The notes under the pieces were generated by a model, which worked only from the letters and a program-made list of their open reading frames with translations, was not told the DNA's origin and made no database searches. Positions 49,767 to 61,000 of a stretch of 64,000 nucleotides of DNA are shown here, piece after piece. A program made the translations under genes and the position numbers. This stretch comes from Phoronis australis (Eukaryota > Animalia > Phoronida). Each line of letters opens with the position of its first letter. Position 1 is the stretch's first letter. The stretch is taken from positions 102,009 through 166,008 of the forward strand of contig NMRA01000727.1 in assembly GCA_002633005.1 (NCBI GenBank), in the 5' to 3' direction.

Positions 49767-52700
49767 TCATATCAGAGCAAGAGTCTCTGGCTGATTTTTC
49801 TCAGGTGGACTTTCCTTGTTTTCACTGATTATTACGGATGTGTTCGTGTTACACCTGTTGTGATCCCAGTCTTTGGGAGGGGTTGTTACCTCGCGCAATA
49901 ATTGACGGAAAGACATCTGTCTCTGAAAAGACACAGGAGCAAAACGTAAAGCATAGTATTAATTAGACACGGTGACGTACATGTGCATGTACCTGTACGT
50001 TGTACTTCAAGACGCATTCCTGTTTCCCAGCCCTCAACAGTGGCAGATTTAGAGGGGGGCCAAGGGGGCCATGGCCCCTCGTAAAATTCTCCCAGATTCC
50101 ATATGGCAGTTCGGGGGTGCAAATGTCTGACGGGCAAATCCAGGCTAATACTCTGCCCTGGCCCCTCCCCCCTAACTCAAAATCCTGGATCCGCCCCTGC
50201 TCAAATACATCAAGTAACAGTATACAAAGACCTTATTGTACATGTTTTCAAAAACTGCAGGACAGGTTTAATCGACTGCACATATCTTAAAGTTCTGTGA
50301 ACCCTCTTTTTCGCCACGGACTACATTTTTCGAACATTGTTCATAACTCAAAGCAAAGAAGATTTCTTGGCTTGGAAAGTTCTGGGAACTCCTTGTTTCC
50401 CGAGACCAGGCTCGATGACTTGGCTAGTCACGCGTCGTGTTATGGACCAGGCATGGTATTAAGGAATAAAAAGAGAAACCACTTATCATTTCAGTAAGAA
50501 GGAATCGATACAAATGTTATAAAATAATGTAAGTGGGATAAATCACACTTTATTTTATGACAGAACAGGGGTTGCTGTTTGCTTGCAGTAAGAAGTTCGT
50601 GGTCACAGCAGATGTACGGCGTTACATTCATTATGCTATGTGTTGTATCTCAAGCTTGACTTTTTACGTCAAGTTGTTAACATAACCTCTGATGCAAATC
50701 TACGCGACTTACATTGTCCCTCTTGTAAAACTGAACGCACGTGACGACCGCCATCACCGGGATGAAACCAATGGTGATAATCACAGTCAGCCACGCGCAG
50801 TTGAGAGCGGATTCCGAGTACGTGTACTTGCCATAAACAGCTGGTGCGAAGATGACAGCATTGAATATCACAATGAACTGAAACGAAATATATCACTAAA
50901 CAGACTTAGTCCATAGATAACGGAAGCAGCAGTAGCGGGTGTAGCAGCTACATGTGTGGTAGGAGCAGCAGTAGCCACAGCAGCAGCAGCAGCAGCATCA
51001 GCAGCAGCATCAGCAGCAGCAGCAGAAGCAGCAGAAGCAGCAGCAGTAGCAACTGCAGCGGCAGCAGCAGTAGTTCTGTTGAAATACCGCTGATACATGT
51101 AGTTTTAATGTTTCTAGTCTGCTAAATTTTGATACTTAACGGGAAGAGATCTTCTCTGGGAATTAAAGTTCTACTAAGTCATTTATATACATGTAATGTA
51201 CAATGAAAGGTAAAATACTGCTAACTTTAAGTTACAACGTAAATTTTACCAGTTAAGGGATACAGTTTGCGAGGAAAGTATTATTTTGGGATCAATCTCA
51301 GCGCGAAATCAAATCTGTAACATCCGAGGTTTTCTTCTACAAGGTTATTTGCACAAAAAACAAATCGTCAAACTTAAAAATCATGACGTTTCTATGTACA
51401 TGCATGCCTCTAGTGGTTCCGTTATATCTAAGCTGCTGGAAAAGGCGATTGGAGGTGCAAAAGAATAACTAGGTTTTGATCAGAACAAAACTGAATATGA
51501 AGGCATGTTAATGTCAGAACGAGGAAGACTCACCAGCAGAAGGGTCGGGGTCAACACTAACCAACAGGCCGACCAGAAGCAGGATGGTTTAAAGCCAAGC
51601 ATGCAATTGATATCGTCCAGTAGTCGTTTGTATCCTGAATTGGAGCAAAATGATAATTGAGCAATGACAGATTAGTAACGCCATGAAGCGAGCGATGACA
51701 TGTTTTTGAGTTAAGCAGGACCTTATCGACATGTCAGTGTATTGAACCAAACTTTTAAAAAACAATAGATTATTAAATATATATTTTACGAAAATACATT
51801 GCCTGGGAAATTTGATTTTGACTTGATACCAATCTGATATCATTTTGATCACGTAATCATGTCTTTTTAGTAAAACTTACGCTATCAATAACATGACCAA
51901 ATTTCGTTTGATCTATATAAGTTCAAGATGAAATCTCAGAAACTTTGTCATAGTTTTGTTTACTATAATTGTTATTTCATTTTCGTTTTATGCAACTTGT
52001 GAGTTTTTCATAAAAATCATAAAAGTCCTATTTTTGATGGCCCACCATGCAGCAATGGAAACTTTCAAAAATAAATCCTAAAATATTTGTCGAGAACTGT
52101 GTATAAAGCATGATATCTGAACTTTTCTCATTAATACAATCAGCAATTTCTGAGATATGGCCGTTACAAAGTTTGCCAAATTTTTCGAAGGACCAACATC
52201 ACCTTAAAGAAATAAAATGTTGTAAAGGTTGTTGACAGGTACAATACCCGTGGGCCCAGCGCGCTAATATGTCATTTGAATTATGTCAGATTGCTGCAGA
52301 CGTAAAATGAGTGACGGTCTACTGCAAATGCGCGCGAACGTGAGGTATTCCATCAGTTTGAGAGGTACACGGGTTGGTTCATTGTACATGTATCTGGCAC
52401 AAAGAAAAGAAGTTGAGCAGTTGTGCAAATCCAACTGTGATCAGAAACAGGTGTCATGAGCTTCTATACTTGCGAGCACAAGACTTTGGTTTAATATATG
52501 TACAGGTAAATCAGGGAATGGATTGCATAACACTTCAAACTATCCGCTAGATAAGTTTGATTGTTGCATGACGTCATGTGCATTGTTCAACAATAACAAC
52601 GTGGCGCGTGATAAAGCGACATCAGTTTTGCTATGCAGCATTTATTTTTTACGCAACTGGGCCTTGATCTTTTGGAAGGTTTTGTCCCAGTTATAAGTAA

Positions 52701-55700
52701 AACTACCACTTGTTTTCATTAGTCTTTAGAAAACAGTACTTGTCAAATTTCTACCATCTGAAGTAACCTGGAAAACTCTTCACGAAGCCTGCCAATTCGA
52801 AAACTGCGACTGAAATTCACCTAGCGCTTTTATTTCTCAGTGAAGGTACCAATTGTGTATCCCCAGGTGATGGAACCGATTTCTAATAGGATGGCCAAAA
52901 GAAACTGGTGTAATAAAGTTCCGAAATTCGTGTAGCAAATAAATGAATGCAATATAAAATTTGGTTCCCAGAAGTCTAACTCTTTGCATACCATAGATCC
53001 AGGAGACTGACACCGTTTGGAGTAACGCCACCGTGAGGAACGGAAAAAGCAATCCGTACCAATCGATGAGGTTCTGTAAGTACATGCCACCCTGCAAGGA
53101 AGACAAACGAAACATCACAACAATCATGGTGACAATAAAGTCACCCATTTGCAGACAACGCTTAATGTTAATAGCACCTTATAAACATGTCCAAACTTGA
53201 CTGATTTTAGAAAATCATACTTCAAAAACGGCTAATCGGGTTTGCATGAACTGTGCAGATACGGTGCATTATGTACTTTCCTCCAAAACGCATCTCTTAT
53301 AAGATTCCACTTTTACAAGAACGTTAATCAATAATAAGACTTGAGGAAACTCCAAAGTCGCATGAAACGAAAACGAAATGATGTTTTAAGAAATTGTAAG
53401 AGCATTTTGGAGACACCATATTGAACATTTATATCGAATAAAATTTGATCGTGTAATTGATAACCTTGTTTGGTTACAATGTAGATTTACATTTTGCTAA
53501 ATTCTTTCTCAAAAGGCATGGTCACGTGACACAATTAATTTCAAATTGGTAAATAGTCAAGATTTAAATTCTACATTTGTTTTCCGAAAATACAGCGTAT
53601 ATACTTTGTGGGTTAAAATTTATGATTTTGTAGATACAATGTATTTAAATAAGTACACGTATGTGCACTTGTCAATAAGGTCCTACAAAACCAATTCATA
53701 CTGAATCACATTGATAAGCACTGATGAAAAACAAATTTTACTAATGAATTAGAACATCACTTATTTTATATGGTTATTGTTTCATTAATAAAATTGTTCA
53801 GTTGCGCCTTTTGCACGCATGTCTATAGGAATCGCTAACTATTTACCACGGCGACACAGGCAAAGGGTACAGTTTTATCATCACACGGAAAGACTTGGGC
53901 TACAATCGCTCATGTTCTGAGCTATGGTTAGAGTGATCAGATAAGAGTGATCGTATGTGATCAAATCCAGTGCCAAACAACACAGACCTGGTTTACAACA
54001 GTTTTAAGCCTACAATTCGGAGAAAATGATATTCACAGCGTTGGGTGTTTGATTTCTCAAACTGAAATCATGACTTTAAATCGCACCTGAAATAGGTTTA
54101 CGTACATGTAGTGACTGCTGATTACGTTTCCACGTTCTTAGAATAGAGATGCCAGCATATGATATACAAGTTTAATAAGCAATGCAAACGTGTTAGGGGA
54201 TTTTCAGAAGAATTGGGTGTAAGGAACCAGTCAGCATTCATATCCTGCACAAAACGAAGACTTTATGCAGATGTGGTCACCAATCAAAAGGTCAGCATAT
54301 ATCTTCATTACTTACGTATTTTACATGTTTTTTTTGTTTGAAAACAGCCTGCTGTGATGAATTGTGTTCGCAAGGCATTTGGCCACGATACAGTAGATGG
54401 TAAAGTGAGTCCCATATCAGTGAATTGAAAACAGAATAACCTTCTTTTCAAGCAGCAAATTGGTTATTTTCCAATCCCTTAATATCCCTGACTTCTAACC
54501 CAGATATTTTCATACTTGTACTTGACATCAAAGTCGAAAACATGTTTTACCTCTTCCGTCCCGCTTTGATATGAAATCAGGATAGGTGTCTATTATTGAG
54601 AGTTCGAGTACATTATGGTTTATGCATACGAGTTTCTAGTCCACGTTCGGATTTGATGGCCCATAGATTTGGGCTACAACCTCGAGTGAAAACTCTAAAG
54701 TCCATGTTGGTATTTGAACAGCTTTAGTTCTTTGAATACAAATGAAAGCTATGTTAAAGCAACCACCCGCTTAAACCATTACATACTCGGGTACAAAATT
54801 ATAAACATCTATCTTGACTTTTTGTTAGAGTAGAACGGAAAATTTGAATAAAATTGGGGCCCTGAATTAAAAATTAAAGCGTTAACTCACAGGACATGAG
54901 TAGATGACCGATATACAAAACCCTGCAACACACAAGAATAGCCTAATTATCCCACGTCTGTATTTGTGGAGACATTTACTGCCCAGGAAGTCTTCTATAC
55001 CTGCTGTCAACAAGTCTAGGTCCACGAACTGAAACGAGAGGAAAACTAGAAATTCAGCTGGTTGGAGCGTAAGATAAACAGGCGATAATAATGATCGAGG
55101 AAAGCACACGTTTTCGGTGTTGTCTTTATTAAAATAAAAACTGTTTGTAAAATCTTGCAATGGCGCTTTTCAGCATGGGAAGCACACGTGCTGGATTATT
55201 CAATTGCCCTTTAAAAAAGCCGAGTTATACGGTAATTGTGGGGATGATCAACCCACACATAACCATAATATCACATTGTGACACATCGTAAGTGCTTTTA
55301 GTTCAATCTTGCTTTTATCACTCAAGTGAGACGCAAACGAGACAGAACGAGGATTGGTTGAAATCACCAAAACAAAATTTAGTACGGTTTATTTTGCTCT
55401 TAATTAACTAGCATGCAACAATATAAAAGTGAAGTGAACGACCCGGCAATGATTCCAGATCTTTGTTCTGCCTTGACCTCCACTGAATTTGAAGTTAGCC
55501 ACCTGTCAGCGGGATCCTAAATATACATCTGTATCTTAAAGACTGTTGAAATCATTGCGCTTGTCATCAATGCACGACGTTTTCCGAAGATGTTTAACTA
55601 TTCTTTTCATCAAAACATCTCCAAATATTGTATAATACAAAAGACAAAACGTTACTTTGAAAGAAACATAGGAATTTGAAAACTAATCATTGAGACGTTA

Positions 55701-58027
55701 CTGCCAAGCCACACAAATTCTCAAGTAATTCGTAGATACAGGTGTACATGTACGTACTCAGAACTACCGATTTCGGGACGATTACAGAGTACGGAGATGT
55801 TTACCAAGAATCCATTAGTTGTATCGATATCAGCTTTACTTACATGTGAATCAATACCGAGCATCAAAATCATAACAAAGAACAACACCGACCACACAGC
55901 ACTGGCTGGCATCAAGGAAATGACTTCCGGAAAAGCGACGAATGCTAAACCCGGACCTGTGATGGTAAAAAAGGTGAAGATGTACAAAACTGGAAGGAAA
56001 CTTACATTTTTCATTAGTAAATGATTGCGATAATGATAATTTGATGGTCATGCAAAGGGAATTATTTGTTTTCTACATACCGGGGTATATCCACGAAAGT
56101 GGAGAAAGTCGATATCTTAAAGTTCTCTTAACTGACAGAATTTGGCCTGTTTACTACCAATCAGTTTCTTGCTTTCACAACGTCACAGTGTTGCTCGCCG
56201 GATGATTGAGGTGTTGGCTGCGCTTGCGCAAATGAAGTCTTAACTATCCTGGGCAACACAGTCAAGATAAAGTATACGTAGTCGATTATTTTTTGTTATT
56301 ATGAACCATTGTCAAAGTAAAATGAGTCAAATGACAAACCTCCAACAACGACTTCATCCATCGGCAGTCCGGTGTAAAGAGACATATGGCCGAGGCAACT
56401 GAAGATCAGAAAACCAGCCAAGAAACTAGTCAGCATGTTTACGACCCCGATCAAGAAAACGTCTCTGAAAGTAAGTGTTAGAGACAAAACTGGGAGTTCG
56501 TGGATTTACTGTTTGGTCACTGGAAGTGAAAACACAAGTAGACCACGATTTACATTCTTTGGTTAAATGGTGCTCTTAGCATTCGCTTTATTTTCAAAAC
56601 TTTCAATGCTTTTAAAAACACAAGCCATTGCATCTAACTAATGAAGACGCAAAGTCCCATGTTCAGGTGAACTGCACGTAGTTCATAATCTCTACACCTC
56701 CAGAACATAAAATAGATGCCACAAATTCCTTGATTTACAGATTATGAATCAAAAATCAAATTCTACAGAACTGAATCGTGTATAAATCAGAGCTGACTCG
56801 CACAAATCAGAAAATGCTATTAAAATTACACAATTATTTGTATCAGCCTTCAAACTGTTTGTATGGGCGTTCACTCTTTTAGTTACAGACAAATGTGTCA
56901 TCATCTGCTGCAGTGAAACCTCTGACCTACACTGTATGGTTAGTATTGAAAGTTCAGTGGGCAATACAGAGTATGAATTTATCGGACAGAATTATGGTCT
57001 CCATAATGACGGTCCCCGTTAAAACTTTCGGCTTGATGCCATTTTAAATGTAATGAAGATACGAAAACATTTGTTAAAAGGTGCAGAATACGCAACATTG
57101 GGGTATTTTTAGAACAAAAAATGAAAAATTCAAATTCGTTCACATTACCAAGATCTCTCCACAAGCTTATTTTTCAATGTCCACAGCCCAACAAACTGGC
57201 TTGTAGAAGCACTCTAGAGACACCCACTTTCAACATTACAAAAAGTGCATCCAAGTTTAGCTCCCCTGTCACGTGATGATAGCAGGGAATTTGTATTTAT
57301 GAGTTTAATTAATTTGGTAGTCCTTATATATGATTTCCTAATCTCACTGTTTTTTTTCTCTCATTGCATTTGATCTACCTGTTCTTGATCATGGAAAATG
57401 GTCATTTTATGGTGAACTTTTGAAAGCATATAGGTAAAAGTTAAAAGGGCAATAAGTGCAAAACTGTGATTTTTGTTTCAGGGGCATTCCATGATCACCT
57501 ACACAAAGTTCAAGTTAAATCCAAAATATGGAACGCTGAGTGATTTTTTTTTCTTTTTTGATTTTCTCGTGGAATGTCTCCTAACATGGGATAAAGTCTC
57601 TCCAATATAACCAAGATTTTGTATTTTTACTTGCAGTGACAGCAAAGCAGAATGTCTTACCTGTAGCAGTTGTCATTGAACTTCCCATAGCTACTCAAAG
57701 TGACTGCAGCGCCACCAGCCAAACCCAGGGAGTAAAATATTTGAACGGCAGCATCGCCCCAAACCTGGAGACAACATTGACGTCGTTGGATTGAGTAAGC
57801 AACCCAAAATATATAAAGCGAAACAACACTGTACGCGTGATCCATGGAGGGAACAATGAACGGAAAGAAGAACGGAAAGGAGAGATGGGGCGGAATAAGG
57901 AGGTGAGGAAAAGAGGGAGGGAGGAAGGTGGTCGTACATGTAGTTGAGGAGCGACGGAAGGGAGGAAGTACAGCATATGGGATAGGAGGATGAGGGAGAG
58001 AGAGAGAGAGAGAATGGGATAGGAGGA

Positions 58028-58060
<33 letters not shown>

Positions 58061-61000
58061 NNNNNNNNNNNNNNNNNNNNNNNNNNNNNNNNNNNNNNNN
58101 NNNNGAGGGAGGGAGGGAGGGAGAGAGAGAGAGAGAGAGATAGAGAGAGACAGCAGGGGGATGGAGGGATGGAGTTACGGAGGGAGTTAGGGAGGGAGAG
58201 AGGAAGGGAGGGAGGGAGGGGTAGTGCGAGGAGGATGAGGGTATAAGAGCTAGGGAGGAAGACGGAGGGAAGCAAAGAAATGAATAAAGGTAGAGACGGT
58301 AACTTGACAATTTCCTTTACCGTCTGCCACCCATTCATTGATATCGAGACTTCACCCGTAAATACACTTTTACATGCACATGTAAATGTATGAAAAATAC
58401 TTTGACACTTATCGTCTGTGATTTAGCTGCTCACAAAAACGGATTCCAACCACTGAGGTTGTGAGACTCGGAAAACCACTTTTCTTTCCGACAATGTCAT
58501 TTTGTTTAGCTGGCCATAAAATGAAAATTGAATTAGGCACAAACTCCGATAATAATCCTTACAGCGATAGGATTACATTTCTGTTATCAAGAGCATTGAT
58601 ACGTCAGCGATTCATGAAAACTTGACAAAGTTAGTGTGCGTTAGCCAACCTTAAAATGCGGATTCGGAAGTAGCGCATACTGTATTCGTATTGTCTGTGT
58701 GTTGTCAGTTCGTTCGACAATAATTCAAGATTGAATGAACATGATAATGTTATAAACCCCCAAAGCACTAGTTCGCTTTTGAATTCAACTTTGAAATCTA
58801 AACGAGGGGTATATGCGGTTTTATTTATTGGAGCTACGTGCATATCACTATTTGAGTACTTAATTATTTATGTAATGCAATAACCTAAACTTTACGCACT
58901 TTCGGTGTCAATAGCTGTCCCCATCGTGGCTTCAGAAAGTAGACAATCCCCGTTGAGGCTCCTTCAAGGGATAATCCTCTTACAAGCAAAATTAAGAGGA
59001 TTGCGTACGGCAAGATTGCGGTGACGTAAACAATCTAAATACACAAGAGAAAAGTTAAAGATACCAATATGTTTCTTACCTATCTTTTCTGCAAATAATG
59101 AGAGACGCCATAGTCACGTGATACTTGCCAACGTAGAAAGCAATAATACATGTAAAAGTACAAAACAATTTGAATTTATGTAAGGTTTTAAAATCGATTT
59201 TATCTGGAAACTTACACGAATGTTTCACTCAAATTACCCGTCCTCTTTATACCACCATTTGTAATATTCTGTTTTTCTAACGAAGGTCGGTTAGAAGACG
59301 TCTCTCAGTAAGAAACAATTACGATTATGTTTTTATGTACATGTATATATAACCTAGGTCAAGCTTTCTCTCAATAAGAGTGTCAGTACTCCTTTAAAAA
59401 GAAGCCAAATCTTGCTTTGATGATTTCGACCAATCCTAATGCACCATTGGCGTCAATGTTGCAAGTGAATGGCAAGAATTAACCAAAAACGCATATTTCT
59501 TAGCTCACAAATTAGACATTATAGTTCTTGGTGAGTGTTCTTTTCCCGTGTAATTCGGTAAAAGCGTACATGCAGGTCCTGCTTGCTTGTTTAGCAAATT
59601 TTTCAAACGTTTGAGGGTCGTTGGGGGTTACTTTGCATTATTTTGTTTCAGAGAACTGGATGGGGAAATCGTTGTTACTATCTGTTGATAGGCCACAACA
59701 GTAGTTGGTATCCTTTCAATAATATTGCCTACAAGTTATAATAGACCAGGCCAAGTTATGACATTTTCTGAATCTTTTGCACTGAATACCCCCATTCCAT
59801 TTTTACCATACTTGTGTACACAGATGGAGTCGAATCTAATGGATGATTAAAATTCATGCATGCGCATGTTTGTCGGTGTATATTATTGTACACCTGTTTT
59901 GTAAGTATTGTAGACGAATGGCCTCGAGTACGAACACACGTCTTCCTATTTTTAGAATGTTCTGGTCGCTCATGAAGCGCCCGTCTTATGTTATGCAAGA
60001 AGGTTGTGCGTTGCACTTTTAATTGGCGTGACCACCGATGTTTTTGAAAAATGGGAAAGATGACCAGCTAACGTGTACGAACAATGAGATAAGAAATCGT
60101 AAATGATGGTAACTTACTTTCCCAGTGATTCGGATTCCTTTGACTACGCAGAGAAAAACGACGGTGTAACATAACAGAGCCAGTAAGCATAATTGCCAGT
60201 CTGGTACACCGTAGTCATCCAAGCCACTAGAAATCTTCAAGACGTAGTTGCTGTAAAACGAAAGGACGCGAGCTCATTTACAAAAATATCATTTTGTAAG
60301 ATCCAAGATCCACACAAATCTAGCCTACGTCAAAACAGCTATCGGTCTCTTCCTTCTTCGGTTATATCAACAGAAGTCGGGAGGAGAATGTGAAATAGGA
60401 AAGGAACAGACGAGAGATGGGGAGAGGGTAAAGGGGAGAGTTAGAGAGAAGGAAGAAGGNNNNNNNNNNNNNNNNNNNNNNNNNNNNNNNNNNNNNNNNN
60501 NNNNNNNNNNNNNNNNNNNNNNNNNNNNNNNNNNNNNNNNNNNNNNNNNNNNNNNNNNNNNNNNNNNNNNNNNNNNNNNNNNNNNNNNNNNNNNNNNNNN
60601 NNNNNNNNNNNNNNNNNNNNNNNNNNNNNNNNNNNNNNNNNNNNNNNNNNNNNNNNNNNNNNNNNNNNNNNNNNNNNNNNNNNNNNNNNNNNNNNNNNNN
60701 NNNNNNNNNNNNNNNNNNNNNNNNNNNNNNNNNNNNNNNNNNNNNNNNNNNNNNNNNNNNNNNNNNNNNNNNNNNNNNNNNNNNNNNNNNNNNNNNNNNN
60801 NNNNNNNNNNNNNNNNNNNNNNNNNNNNNNNNNNNNNNNNNNNNNNNNNNNNNNNNNNNNNNNNNNNNNNNNNNNNNNNNNNNNNNNNNNNNNNNNNNNN
60901 NNNNNNNNNNNNNNNNNNNNNNNNNNNNNNNNNNNNNNNNNNNNNNNNNNNNNNNNNNNNNNNNNNNNNNNNNNNNNNNNNNNNNNNNNNNNNNNNNNNN

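Noticed and set aside
50868-51098. Poly-alanine ORF
   Set aside because: Translation of an intronic trinucleotide repeat; no splice or homology support.
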